Part shown: in pieces, positions 1-14,492 of the stretch
Position numbering within the stretch: position 1 is the stretch's first letter
Layout of the letters: every line of letters starts with the position of its first letter
NCBI GenBank assembly: GCA_964016885.1
Contig: OZ024757.1
Coordinates: 16,554,001-16,618,000 of the forward strand
DNA: 64,000 nt
From: Eledone cirrhosa
Lineage: Eukaryota
Reading direction: 5' to 3'
Made by a program: the position numbers and the translations under genes
The notes under the pieces: generated by a model
Told to the model about the DNA's origin: nothing
Databases searched by the model: none
Seen by the model: only the letters and a program-made list of their open reading frames with translations

Positions 1-460
1 TGTAACCATACTCACCACGCTTGGCCAGCTGCGGGTTGATGAGGCTATTTAACCCATACATATACGTAAATAAGAACCTTATTGCTCCAGTCTGTCCACA
101 AAGCAGTGAGAAACCACTCTAAACCTACCCGCGACACACCCTCCAAATTCGATAAACCGAATGCCGACCTCAACAGCCACCAAGTGGGGAAGACAGACAT
201 TATCAGGCTGCAGCCGTCGCATTACGTAGTTTCTATTCACTATAGCTAATAAAGATATTATTATCTGCAGCGATTACGACCCCCATTACATATAAATGTA
301 TATCTTTGATAAGTTTCGCCCAGTATTGGCCCAGGCCATGTCTAACTTAATAGCACCACGTGTGTAAATATGTGTCTGCTTTTGAATGTACATATGTATG
401 TATATATTTATATACATCAGCATATATACACATGCGTGTGTGTATGAGAGAGAGAGAGAG

Positions 461-495
<35 letters not shown>

Positions 496-960
496 AAACG
501 TGTGTTTAGAATACGGCGGTGATGGAAATTTTGTAAAATTGATTTAGAAGTTTTCACCGTATTTTGTCAACATATAAGCCCTCATAATGGGAACAAATGG
601 GCTTCAGTACACGTGGGAAACGAACCCACACCTGTCAAATTGTCCGGATAAATGTGTTAGGCCAGTGTTAGACCAGTTACACCAACCTGTCCACCCGATT
701 TTTCTCCATTTTCAAACTATGAGTTAATATCCAGCTCATGTTTTTAAGCAGGATTGCAGATTTTAAAAGATAATAAGATTGGGAGAGGCCTAACAGTCAA
801 ACATATTTATATGTACATTTTTTTTTTTTATTACTGCGTGTACGAATGTGTGTGTATGTATTTGTATTTGTATACGTGAGTGTGTCTCTGTATGTGTGTG
901 TCTGTTTGTCTGTGTGTGTGTGTTGTATGCGAGTGTATGCTCATGTATTTCTATGCATGA

Positions 961-1476
961 GTCGATAAAATAAAGTACCAGTAATGCAGTGGGGTAATTT
1001 CTGGCCTTGTGCCAAAAGTAGAAACAATTATTAAATATAAATATATATAAGAGTGGTGGATGGAAGTATCGATACAGCGTCGTACACCATGCTTCGCGGC
1101 ATAGAGTTATGGCCCTTTACGTTCTGAGTTCAAATACTGGCGCAGTTAGCTCTGCCTTTTATCCTTATGGAGCTCGATAAAATAAAGTACCAGTAACGCA
1201 CTGAGGCCATTTAATCGACTTTCCCCTCCCCTTTAAATTGCTGGGCTTGTGCCTATAGTAGAAAACATTATTAAATATATATAGGGCGGTGAATTGGCAG
1301 TATCGGTAGAGGGTCAGACGCCATGCTTTGACGCATAGAGTTACGGCCCTTGCCATTCTGAGTTCAAATCCCGCCGAGGTTAACTTTGCCTTTCATCCTT
1401 ACGGGGTCGATAAAATAAAGTACCAGTAATACACTGGGCAATTGCTGGCCTTGTGCCAAAAGTAGAAACAATTATT
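961..1476 (+). mobile_element. Three tandem tRNA-derived SINE copies (family A, Nin/Deu-like central domain); first is 3'-only
   Basis: Head GGCGGTGAATTGGCAGTATCGGTAGAG (A-box-like), B-box GAGTTCAAATCC, core GCCTTTCATCCTTACGGGGTCGATAAAATAAAGTACCAG, end GTAGAAACAATTATT; about 25 further copies in the window. Confidence 0.85.
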
Positions 1477-1652
1477 AAATATATATAGAATATATTTATA
1501 TATATATAGAGATATTTGTGTGTGTGTGTGTGAGTTTACATGTCTGTATGTATGTATGTATGAATATATATATATGTTAAATATAAATAGTTTATATACA
1601 TATAATATTTATATATATATATGGGCGATATACACACATACACACATACACG

Positions 1653-1689
<37 letters not shown>

Positions 1690-1958
1690 TTGAGTTCTGC
1701 AAGTACTTGTGAATTTGCACGTAGCATAACTAGGCTGCAGTACCACCGTGGAAACACTTGTAAGCACACGGAATAAATTACCTTTTTATGATGTCTACCT
1801 GTTATTATTCATTCTTTATATACACTCCGGAATACTGAAGGATCAGGAACTAAGTTTCTTCAACAATTCTTCCATAACTCGTAGAGTAACCTCTTACCGT
1901 ACGTCAACCATATCCAGTGTAGTAAATAACTATTACTACATCTTGGATAATCCTATAC

Positions 1959-2088
<130 letters not shown>

Positions 2089-2186
2089 TATATACATATA
2101 TAGTAATAATAATAAATTTGAAGACTAAAATCCAAAGAGGGCTCGATAAGGATAGATATATCAAATATATAAGAACCGTCGAGCAA

Positions 2187-2311
2187 ATATTTATTAAAAT
2201 AACAGATTAAAGTTTAAGCAAAGAATCGCTGCTTTCACCTTCAGAAGATCCCGTTAAGGGTGAAAGCAGCGATTCTTTGCTTAAACTTTAATCTGTTATT
2301 TTAATAAATAT
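2187..2311. repeat. Perfect fold-back (about 53-bp arms) with a disrupted hammerhead core at the turn
   Basis: ATATTTATT...CTTTCACC / GGTGAAAG...AATAAATAT; centre reads CAGAAGA-TCCC-GTTAA-GGGT-GAAAG. Confidence 0.8.
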
Positions 2312-3182
2312 ACACACATATATATACATAGAGAGAGAGAGAGAGAGCTAAAGAGAGACTGATGAGATATTTATAAGACGCATGTGTGTATATATATATA
2401 TATGTATGTATGTGTTTGTGTGTGTGTACAGACGCACACACCCATACATACACACACTTACATACACGCATACATGCATACATACATATATACATGCATA
2501 CATACATACACAGACATACACACCCATACATAGACACACATACATATATACACACACACGCGACATTGTTAAGAGAGTATTTCCATCCAGCAACATTTTT
2601 ATTAGTCATATTGAAATGACTTTCTTGAGAAATAACTCTTCCATTTTACATCAGTTTGGTTTTTCTCTTATTCCTTTCCTCTTATCATATTTTATTATTT
2701 AATTCTTTCATTCTTTTATTCTTTACTAGCTAAGCTAAGTATTTATTATTTTCTATTCCGTCTGCATCTAAATCTAAATTTCTCTTTGTTAACCTCGTTT
2801 CCGATTCTCCTCGACTTTCTTACCAATTTCCGGTGTCTTAAATCCAAGCAATACTAACTGCGATTCTCATTCCAACGTTTCCTCCATTTCATTTCATCCG
2901 TGTTTCTATGGGAATACACAACGAAAACAACAGACGTTAAAAATTGAAATTATTGTAACTGTATTGTAATGGCGTGAGTCGTTTGTGAACTTTGGTGAAG
3001 AATATTGAAATATTTGACGACAAAATTTAAAAATTTGTGTTGAGTGTTTTGTTTATTTGTGTTGAGTGTTTTGTTTATTTGTGTTGAGTGTTTTGTTTAC
3101 TTTTGCATGTAGAAAATATTGATAGAGCAAGCGTTAACCTAATATATATCTTCCATATACTGTACCGATTGTGTTGTTATTT

Positions 3183-3223
<41 letters not shown>

Positions 3224-3253
3224 AGATCAAAAGATGGTTAAAAGAGTTCCATG

Positions 3254-3324
3254 TATTTTATTATGCGCATTTCAAAAACAAATATCATCATGTAATAACA
3301 TTTGTGTTTTCATCAGATAAAATA
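3254..3324 (-). ncRNA. Type I hammerhead ribozyme motif (family E)
   Basis: Minus strand: UAUUUUAU-CUGAUGA-AAACACAAAU...AUUUGUUUUU-GAA-AUGCGCAU-A/AUAAAAUA; 8-bp stem I and palindromic stem III; second copy at 44253-44322. Confidence 0.8.
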
Positions 3325-3376
3325 GGAAGATATGATATGAAGGTTAAAAAACATTTGTGGATAGTGCAGTTTTAAA

Positions 3377-3461
<85 letters not shown>

Positions 3462-3643
3462 GTGTGTAATTGTCTCTGTGGATCCTGAGTAAAATCGGAG
3501 TTAACCACAGTTTAAAAAGGTACTCAATACATTAGTAGAGTGTAAACATCAGTATTTAATCTACAATGGCTTCTACGGGATTTCATTCGCATGAAATCAT
3601 GAATTCATACAAATGAAACAGTTCTAGTCATGTAGAATCCATT

Positions 3644-3674
<31 letters not shown>

Positions 3675-3765
3675 ATGGAAAATTTGAACAGGAACAAGAC
3701 AGAGAGGCAGTACAACGAATGTTTATTAATTTCACGCTCTTGAGAGTGGGGTGGTGGTGGGGAAC

Positions 3766-3793
3766 GACGTTTCGGGCATAAGCCCTTCTTCAG
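3766..3793 (-). ncRNA. Minimal hammerhead motif in short element 3675-3912
   Basis: Minus strand CUGAAGA-A-GGGC-UUAU-GCCC-GAAAC-GUC; element end repeated at 27207-27295. Confidence 0.7.
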
Positions 3794-3909
3794 GTGAGAA
3801 GTGTGTGGGAAGAGAGTTCAAAGGGTGTGTAGGGGTGTGGTGGAGAGACATATAGCAAAAAAGGGGTGGGAGGAAACGGTGCAAATGAAATTAAAAATAA
3901 AAGCATGAT

Positions 3910-3973
<64 letters not shown>

Positions 3974-3980
<7 letters not shown>

Positions 3981-4187
3981 CGCAACTCGATTTTGTGTAA
4001 TGCTATCGCTTGAGACTTAAGCATAAGCAGCTCAGAGGTGGCTTTTTAGTCCTGCTAAGGACTTACCTACAGTCAGCTATGCCTTGAGACACAAAAGATG
4101 TAACATCAAATGATAGCTATACTTGAAGCTTTTTTAAGTGAGGAAAGGCTTTGCATGGAGCCAATCCCAGTCTCTGAACATCGAATG
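3974..4187. repeat. Unclassified dispersed repeat; second copy at 23671-23885
   Basis: Both copies start ATGATGGC..AACTCGATTT next to a TA-rich tract and end GGAAAGGCTTTGCATGG..CC..TCCC..TCTCTGAACATCGAATG. Confidence 0.7.
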
Positions 4188-4726
4188 TGTGTATCTATAC
4201 CGTGTGTATAGTTATAAAGGTGGGTGTTTTACATATAGTTATAAAGGTGGGTGTATAGTTATAAAGGTGGGTGTTTTACATGTTAATGTTACTCCTTAAT
4301 TATTACGTATTTTCTCCACTTTTCGTAGACCTTATATCCATCACTATAGCGGTTCTCTACCCCTTGTAAATAAAAACATAACCCCTTTTTGTGTTTTCTT
4401 CTCTATATATTGTATTATTGAGGGTTAGGTAATTTATTCTTTGAGGTCATAAAATTACAGGGGATTAACGCGAGTCTTTAACTCCGTTTTTTTTTCAATA
4501 TATATATATATATAGGATAAGAAGTTATCATTTAAGGTAATCCAGTTAGAGGTTATGAGTACTCTGTGTCGTGGATAGTTTTAACGTACAGCGTTGTTTG
4601 AGTCAGCAAGAAGATTCCTAGGCAGGCGATTCTTGGAGTAATAATAGCAAAATAAATGAAGAATAACATGGCCGGCTGTACGATAGGGTTTATTTACAGC
4701 CGACGGTGTTATTCTTCATTTTTTGC

Positions 4727-4782
<56 letters not shown>

Positions 4783-4791
4783 CAGTATACA

Positions 4792-4928
4792 CTGAGGATG
4801 AAAAACTCAGAGCTGTATGGGAGCATCCCAAAAGTCTGTTGGAGATGCAGGACATGGCAGCGATAATGAGGGACAGAGACCGCTGGAGAGAACTCGTCCA
4901 TGGATCTCGGGAATTTTACCCGCCTTAG
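4792..4928 (+). pseudogene. Extreme 3' fragment of an RTE-like LINE ORF
   Basis: LEMQDMAAIMRDRDRWRELV resembles the RTE C-terminal ..AM.DR..WR motif, also seen at 61403-61500. Confidence 0.5.
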
Positions 4929-5038
<110 letters not shown>

Positions 5039-5052
5039 ATATATATATAAAG

Positions 5053-5247
5053 AGTCAAGACCCCGACGGCTCAGCTCCGGCCGTTTCGACAGCTAGATCC
5101 GAACTAGCTGTCGGATCTAGCTGTCGAAACGGCCGGAGCTCAGCCGTCGGGGTCTTGACTATTTTCCTATTGCCCACACTACTACCTTAAGTATCGAGTT
5201 CTCTGGTGCGCTATGGTTCACCTGGTTTCTTACCATACTTTCTTTGT

Positions 5248-5248
<1 letters not shown>
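5053..5248 (+). mobile_element. Family B fold-back element (palindrome 5053-5160 plus tail) carrying the 3' half of a hammerhead
   Basis: AGTCAAGACCCCGACGGC...GCCGTCGGGGTCTTGACT; GAAAC-GGC...GCC-GTC; tail shared with copies at 15733, 18557, 30003 and 63703; (TA)n on both sides. Confidence 0.8.
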
Positions 5249-5345
<97 letters not shown>

Positions 5346-6126
5346 ATAACTCTATATATAATATTCTCGGCTCCATACGTTGAGCTAATTTTAGTCCCAT
5401 AAAACCGGCTGCTATTTTTAGCGGCGCGAGTATGGGACGTACTAGGCGCTGTTACACATGTGCTTTCAACAACACATTTCTCTCAGTCTTCTTAAGTATT
5501 TTGAAGAGAAACTTACCAATTTCTGGATACCTGCAGTAGAGCACAGGAATAGGAACTTTCACTTAATTGTTGCGAAACAAATTTAAAATTTAAAATTTAA
5601 AATATGTCCAGGTATCACGGCTATTGCCAATATGGGTTTGTTTTTATTGATTTATTTTAAATCGAGACAGGCAAACCGTATTATTTTAATTAGTATTTTT
5701 CAATCTAGCTAACTTGGTCATTTGCAATGCGAACACGTGTATACTTGTATCAGTGTTAATCCCTATTATATATTCATTTGTATATATTTATATATGCACC
5801 AATATACACACATATACACATATACATATGGTGAGTTGTGTAGACGTTGTAGTTGCACGTAGTTCCTGGCAGTCTTACGTAAGTGCTGATTGAGAGGGAA
5901 GCTAGACGTGAGGTGAGAATAGTGAACTATAGGGAGTTGGAATGAAGAAATAATCAAGGTAAAATCTGTTAAAACGCCAAACATTTTGTGTTTTATGTTT
6001 CATTGTCTGTATATGAGGATAGAGATGTGGATAGAGGTGTGTGTGAGTCAGTGTTAGGATAAAAATAAAATTATTAAAAAGATATATACACAGATATATA
6101 TATATATATATGTGTGTGTATATAGA

Positions 6127-6169
<43 letters not shown>

Positions 6170-6316
6170 AGATAGATATAAAGATACATATATATTTACA
6201 TACATATATTTATATAACACTCATATATATATATACACATATATACATATTCATACACTCATACACATATATGTATATACCCACTGAGATCGATAGATAG
6301 TTAGATATATAGATAA

Positions 6317-6387
<71 letters not shown>

Positions 6388-7012
6388 TGTTTCTTTTATT
6401 TGCCACTAGGGCATCAAAAGTGGGACAAGTACAAAGGGGGGAGTTTACACAAAAAGGCGTCCTCAATAAGGAGGAGGCAATAACAAAATATAAAAATAAA
6501 ATAAGATATAACAAAAAATAAAATTTTTAACAAAATCCTCAATAGAGAGGAGGCGCCTTGGGGGGTCGCACACACCCCCGAAAAAAGTGTGCAACCCTTC
6601 TTTTCAGGAGCACAGAGAAGGGGTGAGATAGATAGATAGATATGTTTCTTTATTAGCCACAGAGGCACAAAAGAAGGGGACAAATACAAAGGGGGAAGTT
6701 TACATACAATAAAAACGTGTAAAATGTTATCACAAATGCAATTTAAAAAATTAGTCGATTTTCCCCAATAGAGGGAGACAGTTCATATGGGTAACACATA
6801 CCTCCGAAAAAATATGCAACCCTCATCTCCAGGAGTACGAAGAGTTTGTACTCCTTTCCTCTCCTCCTCCTTTTCCTCAACCTACAGGCTGATATAGAGA
6901 GAAGGCCCATTCACTCGGGCCATTCTCGCCACTTTCACCCACCTTTCATAAAACTTGCTGGGGTACAGCACCTCTCTCTCCATCCTGATTCTTCTTCCAA
7001 AGTGGTATTTGA
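6388..7012 (-). mobile_element. Two stacked 3' ends of a Tx1/L1-like LINE within (GATA)n
   Basis: Minus translation FKYHFGRRIRMEREVLYPSKF..WVKVARMARVNG is homologous to ORF 13900-14100; 3' end AATAAAGAAAC followed by (TATC)n. Confidence 0.6.
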
Positions 7013-7149
7013 AAAAAAGAATCATACACTCATACACATATATGTATATACCCACTGAGATCTATAGATAGTTAGATATATAGATAAATAATAGATAGAT
7101 AGATAGATAGATATATAGATAAATAATAGATAGATAGATAGATAGATAT

Positions 7150-7214
<65 letters not shown>

Positions 7215-7459
7215 GGACGTGGGTCCCCCCTGCGTCGGGCCCATTAACCGCGTCCTCCTAAAAAACTACCGCACCCTCTCCCCAAACACCCACACAACTC
7301 CAAACTCTCCAACCACACAACACACTGATGCCCCTACACTTCCACAAACCACCACCCCACCCAACAACCCATCCCCCACCCTAATAGATAGATAGATAGA
7401 TAGATAGATTCGTACATTTATATACACAAATACATATATACACATGTATATTCATACTG

Positions 7460-7535
<76 letters not shown>

Positions 7536-7540
7536 AGAGC

Positions 7541-7609
<69 letters not shown>

Positions 7610-7922
7610 GGAGTGGAGAGGAGAGGGACGTGAAGAGAGATGTAAATAAGAACCCCTCTAATACTATCGAAGATAACCCGAACCAACATAATGTTTCTTC
7701 ATCTGGGAGCTCATTCATGAGAAATTGGTCTTATTTCGCCAAAGTCACGTCCCAGTTAGTTGATCATTAAGTTGTTTCACAAGAGAAATTACTTCACAGC
7801 CTACAGAAATGTTCTGATGCAACCAACATAAATGTAGAATGGACTTCTGAAGACGTCTTTAGCCTTTTACGTCCAATCATCATATAATATATATATATAT
7901 ATATTGCGTATTGATGTATATT

Positions 7923-7990
<68 letters not shown>

Positions 7991-8019
7991 CGTATTGATG
8001 TATATTCATATATTATATA

Positions 8020-8063
<44 letters not shown>

Positions 8064-8097
8064 CGTATTGATGTATATTTATATATTATATAGTATA

Positions 8098-8151
<54 letters not shown>

Positions 8152-8180
8152 CGTATTGATGTATATTTATATATTATATA

Positions 8181-8243
<63 letters not shown>

Positions 8244-8571
8244 ATATTGATATATATATATTGTATATTGATATATATATATGTGTGTGTGTGATATGTG
8301 AGTGTGTGTGTGTGTGTATCTGTATATATACATATATGTGTCTGTGTGTTTGTAGCACTATAAATTGAACACACCGACTTCTGTACATGATCCAAACCTC
8401 CACTTCCCCCCTCCCCCGGCTCTCTTCCATCTATCCCACCTACACACACACACATACCAACGTATACACACACACACACACGTACCAAGGTATACATATA
8501 CACACACATACGAACGTATACACACACACACACATACCAACGTATACACATGCACACATATCCACGTATAT

Positions 8572-8617
<46 letters not shown>

Positions 8618-8920
8618 CCACGTATACACATTCACACATACAAACGTATACACCTTCACACGCACACACACATAAACCCGCATATACACATTCACACATC
8701 AACTAGCACTCAACATCTCGTATTTTACCGCACTTTCCAAACGAGACTAATTACAAGGAATCTAGTCAGGCATTCTTTCCCAGAGGACTCCGCTGAAAGT
8801 ACACACTAACTATACTGGCTATTTTGTAACAAGATCTCTCTACTGTTGATCTTCAATCCTCCGCCTTTAATCAGCGAGGTCTTCGGTGGTATGAGAGGGC
8901 ATTATCTTTCTCTCTCTCAA

Positions 8921-9310
8921 GGGGGGTGGATTGGCAGTATCAGTAGAGGGTCGGACGCCATGCTTTCCAGCATAGTTACGTCCCTTTACGATCTGAGTTC
9001 AAATCCCGTCGAGGTTGACTTTGCCTTTCATCCTTACGGGGTCGATACAATAAAGTACCAGTAATGCACTGGGTAATTGCTGGCCTTGTGCCTAAAGTAT
9101 AAAAAATTATTAATTAAAATGTGAGGTGGATTGGCAGTGTCGGTCGGTAGAGCGTCGGGCAACATGTTTTGTGGCATCTAGTTACGTTACTTTGCGTTCT
9201 GGGGTCAAATCTTGCCGTGTTCAATAAAATCCTTACGGGGTCGATAAAATAAAGTACCAGTAATGAACTGTGATAATTGCTGGCCTTGTGCCAAAAGTAG
9301 AAACAATTAT
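8921..9310 (+). mobile_element. Two tandem family A SINEs
   Basis: Same head, B-box, core and tail as 1284-1476. Confidence 0.85.
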
Positions 9311-9584
9311 CTTTCTCTCTCCCTCTACTTCTCTCTCTCTTTTTCTCTTTTCTTCTCTCTCACTCCATCTCTCTCTCTCTCTCTCTCTCTCTGTATGTAT
9401 GTATAATATATATAATATAAATATAAAATATGTGTGTGTGTGTATGTGTGTGATTATGCATTTAATGTATATATGCTTATCTATCTAACCATCTATTATC
9501 TGTATTGTATGTAAACTTCCCCCTTTGTATTTGTCCCCTTCTTTTGTGCCCCTGTGGCTAATAAAGAAACGTATCTATTATCTC

Positions 9585-9679
<95 letters not shown>

Positions 9680-9782
9680 GTGTTTATGTCTGTGAGTGTG
9701 TATGTGTATGTATATTTGTCTGTGATCATGCATGTAATGTAAATGTGTGTATATATCTATCTAGCTATTCTATCTATCTATG

Positions 9783-9903
<121 letters not shown>

Positions 9904-10416
9904 CTGTGTGACTGGTATCGTGTATCGCTGTATCGTTGCCATCACCAATACATAAGATTCCGTTCTACAAACAAAATAAAGAATACTCAATAGTCAGAGA
10001 CGTAGTAGAATTAATGCGTCCATCTTTTCTTCACCAAAATCGTCTGTTATACTATCGCAGACATTTTTGTAAAGCTTCGTCGTCTATGGAACACATTACA
10101 GATATCATTTCATTGAAAATAGAAAAAAAGGTTTTTAAGAAGGTAATGGCTCTATTATGTAGTGTTAGCCTTATGAAAGGACATGTTATATTTATTTCCG
10201 TTTAGGTCATATATTCTGAGAGCTATGTTGTTTTTTTTTTGTGTGTGTGTGTGTGTGTATAGTGGTACTTAGTTTCTGAGCTGACGATGGAAAAGTTGAT
10301 ACTAGGCTTTTTTGTGTCCCTTTTTGTGATATGCAGTGACACTGCCTCTAACCTTGACGCTTCGATCACAAGTCCTGGGCTCCGCTGCCCGAAAAGCGGA
10401 ATAGAAGATTCGACAG

Positions 10417-10618
10417 TCGATCGACTTTCGTTAAATCGGACCGAGGAGACAATATTTCCGTTGGTCTTTCCAATTGCTAATACTATCTATCGGTCGCAAC
10501 TCCAGGTAGAAGGAGCAACGTGAAATAAAGTGTCTTGCTCAAGGACATAACGCATCGCCCGCTCCAGGAATCGAAATCACAACCTCACGAATCCAATTCT
10601 CTGGCCACTCAGTCACAC
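10417..10618 (-). mobile_element. tRNA-derived SINE, second family (CORE/V-like motif); copies at 52328-52528 and 58093-58268
   Basis: Minus strand GTGGCTGAGTGGTTAGAG...GAGTTCGATTCCTGG (clearest in the 52328 copy) followed by TGTCCTTGAGCAAGACACTTTATTTCACGTTGCTCC. Confidence 0.75.
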
Positions 10619-10624
10619 GGAACC

Positions 10625-10858
10625 TGATTGACCCACCGCTTCCTCTTTGTACCGGTCTCTGTCGAGACCTCTGGCGTCCTCGGTCCCTGCACTGCTGATT
10701 TCCTCGGTAAAATCGGAAAGACGGCGGCTCGCTTGAGGAGGGAGCCCCGTGAGGTGGTGTGGTTGTTGCAGCGGGTGTCTCTGGTCATTCTCCGGGATAA
10801 TGCTTTTGCCGTTTTGTCTGCAGGGCGCGGTTGTGCCACCTCTCGGACTGTAGTATAG
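10625..10858 (+). pseudogene. 3' fragment of a CRE-like non-LTR retrotransposon (restriction-like endonuclease C-terminus)
   Basis: FVPVSVETSGVLG..DFL..IG....LLQRVSLVILRDNA matches the F.P..VET.G..G / QR.S.AI.RGNA signature. Confidence 0.7.
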
Positions 10859-11269
10859 TGACTGTCTTTCCACTCCTAACGCCGTTTGCTTCTTCTTTCT
10901 TTTTCTCATTTTCATTTTATTCCTTCTTCTTTTTCTGTTCCCTCTACTAGTGTGTTTTGTTTTTATTAGATACTACTCAATTGTTTTTATATAATGTCAG
11001 TGGTCGTTCGTGACATTGTGAGATTTTCTATATTGAATAAATTGTAAACAACATAATCTTGAGAAATAGTTGGTGGGTTAGGGGTATTTAAGTGAGGAAT
11101 AACATATAACATATAACCCACTACATATAACCCACTACAAATTGCTACATGGTCGGGTCGTCGGTGACTAAACCGGCAACCTCACAATGCCTGTTTATTT
11201 GGTGAGTAGAGTGATTTACGTTCATATATATATACACACACACATATATACATACACACATATATACAT

Positions 11270-11340
<71 letters not shown>

Positions 11341-11405
11341 CTAGATAGTTTGGACCCTGCTGTTGAGCTCTTCTAATTAAAGCTGGTGTGTGTGTGTGTA
11401 TACAT

Positions 11406-11479
<74 letters not shown>

Positions 11480-11634
11480 TAGATAGTTTGGACCCTGCTG
11501 TTGAGCTCTTCTAATTAAAGCTGGTAAAATCTCTCTCTCTCGAAAATATATATACATTTATATATACATACGTACATGTACAGATACATTTTGTACATTA
11601 TATATATCTTTCTGCTTTCTGATTCCTCATTCTT

Positions 11635-11812
11635 TCTTCTGATGAAAGACTAGCGTCCGTAACGTTAAGACCCTCTTCCTGCTATATCAAGCGTAAAGCT
11701 AATATATCCCTTCCATATACTGTACCGATTGTGTTGTTATTCCTGTTTACCTTTTACATACGTGTGTATATAACTTTGATAACTTTGATAGGCTTCGGCC
11801 AGTATTGGTACC
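11635..11812 (+). ncRNA. Minimal hammerhead (degenerate GUAA) at the head of a family C short element
   Basis: UCUU-CUGAUGA-AAGAC-UAGC-GUCC-GUAAC-GUU/AAGA; downstream CCATATACTGTACCGATTGTGTTGTTATT is shared with 3125-3185 and 46185-46305. Confidence 0.6.
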
Positions 11813-11813
11813 A

Positions 11814-11849
<36 letters not shown>

Positions 11850-11928
11850 GTTATCTCGAATATCAAGAGAGAGAGAAGGGAAGAGAGGGACCGAGAGAGA
11901 TTATATGTGTGTGTATATATATATATAT

Positions 11929-11971
<43 letters not shown>

Positions 11972-12011
11972 ATTTATAGATACATACGTCATGTACAGAC
12001 ATATACGTACG

Positions 12012-12115
<104 letters not shown>

Positions 12116-12145
12116 CGTACGTATATGTCTGTACATGACGTATGT

Positions 12146-12200
<55 letters not shown>

Positions 12201-12244
12201 ACGTACGTATATGTCTGTACATGTACGTATGTATCTATAAATGT

Positions 12245-12354
<110 letters not shown>

Positions 12355-12399
12355 AACGTACGTATATGTCTGTACATGTACGTATGTATCTATAAATGT

Positions 12400-12540
<141 letters not shown>

Positions 12541-12794
12541 TAGATATAGATATAATCAGTATAATTGTCTCACTTTGCGAGCAATTACCGGAACCGACAA
12601 CAAAGCAGTTTGTAATATCATATCATTAGAATGATTTGATGATATCTCACATGTGATAAGACTAGTGTCAGATATCTTCACGGATCATATACAGTCACAT
12701 GCCGGCACACGTATATCATCACATCCAACTACTCACACTCACATACATATAACCTCATTTATATATACATACATATACACATATATATACGTAG

Positions 12795-12840
<46 letters not shown>

Positions 12841-12911
12841 ATATCCACACATACACATATATGTATGTATATATTCATATACATAGAAATATATATATAA
12901 TATATATATAT

Positions 12912-12982
<71 letters not shown>

Positions 12983-13064
12983 TATGCCTAATATATATTA
13001 TATGTGCATATATATTATATTTATATATACATATATATATATAAATACATATATATATATATGT

Positions 13065-13167
<103 letters not shown>

Positions 13168-13349
13168 TGTATGTGTGGATATATATATATGTGTGTGTGT
13201 GTGCGTGTGTCTATATATCTAATTATAAGTAGAGAAACTATTTGCCCGGTGGCTAAGTTTATACAGTTTCGGTATCAAATGAGAAACTTCAATAATGGCC
13301 TGTCTTAACTAGCAACATATCATCCCTACATACTAACAATAATAATAAT

Positions 13350-14098
13350 ACAATAATAATAATAATAATGTTTTCTTTATTAACCACAAGGGTTCACATA
13401 AAGTAGACATTAAGGACAGTACAGGACAATACAGGACGGTACAAATGGGCATTTCTGCGTGTAAAAAAACAGAGGTTGAAATAAAATAACAAAGAAAAAT
13501 TCCCCAATAGGGGGGAGACTTCCAAGGGACATTTGTGGAGAAAGCCCATTAAAAGACCACAGTGGCCCTGACCATAATAATAATAATAATAATAATAATG
13601 ATTTCTTTATTGGTCACACGGGCTGACATCAAGAAAAACATTACAGACGGCACAGGACGGTACAGGACGGTACGGTGTGGGTTTTGTGCGTGTAGAGATT
13701 TTTATTATTTATATAAAAAGGAAAAAAAAGACATAGAAACATATATATATAAACAATAAAAATGAAAATTGAAACAATGAAAAATTCCCCAATAGGGGGG
13801 AAAGCTCCGAGGGTTACTCGTGGCGAAAACCACACCAAAGACCACGGCCACCCTGACCACCAGGGCAAGCGCCCTCTCTCAATTTTTCCATCTCTCAAAC
13901 TACAGACGTATATTCAGAGCGGTCCCGTTCACTCGGACCATTCTCGCTACATTCACCCACCTTTCAACAAACTTGCTAGAAGGCAGCACTTGCCTCTCCA
14001 CCCTGATTTTCCTCTTCAAGTGAAACTTGAAAAAGTTAATTAGGGATTCGCCGAAGAGGAAAGTGACTGTCTTTAACCCTTTCAACCTTGTCCACCAC

Positions 14099-14100
<2 letters not shown>
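13350..14100 (-). mobile_element. Two stacked 3' ends of a Tx1/L1-like LINE within (AAT)n
   Basis: WWTRLKGLKTVTFLFGESLINFFKFHLKRKIRVERQVL..KFVERW; each 3' end is AATAAAGAAA plus (TTA)n. Confidence 0.6.
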
Positions 14101-14144
<44 letters not shown>

Positions 14145-14200
14145 GAATGATTTGTTATGTCATCATTATGACGTTGCATTCCCTATATATATATAATAAA

Positions 14201-14456
14201 TATGTAGAAGTTCTATTTAAATTGTTAGGATACACCAAGCAAATATTTTTTATAACTGATATAAAGCACTAGCCGGGAGCTTCCAACAGAAATGGTCGCA
14301 TTCTTTAAGGGTATGTCAATATTTATTTATAAAACTGCTCTATATTATATTTTATCTGATGAAAGCACACCATAATTTAACTTGGTGTGCTTGAAATATG
14401 TATAATGAAATAAATATGGTTTTATAAATATAGTTTCCATTTGTTAATATATCGTA
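14201..14456 (+). mobile_element. Family D short element with a hammerhead at 14348-14412
   Basis: UAUUUUAU-CUGAUGA-AAGCACACCA..UGGUGUGCUU-GAA-AUAUGUAU-A/AUGAAAUA; homologues at 18765-19097, 27295-27523 and 29765-29985. Confidence 0.8.
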
Positions 14457-14492
14457 TATATAATATATATATATTTATTTATTTATAACATA

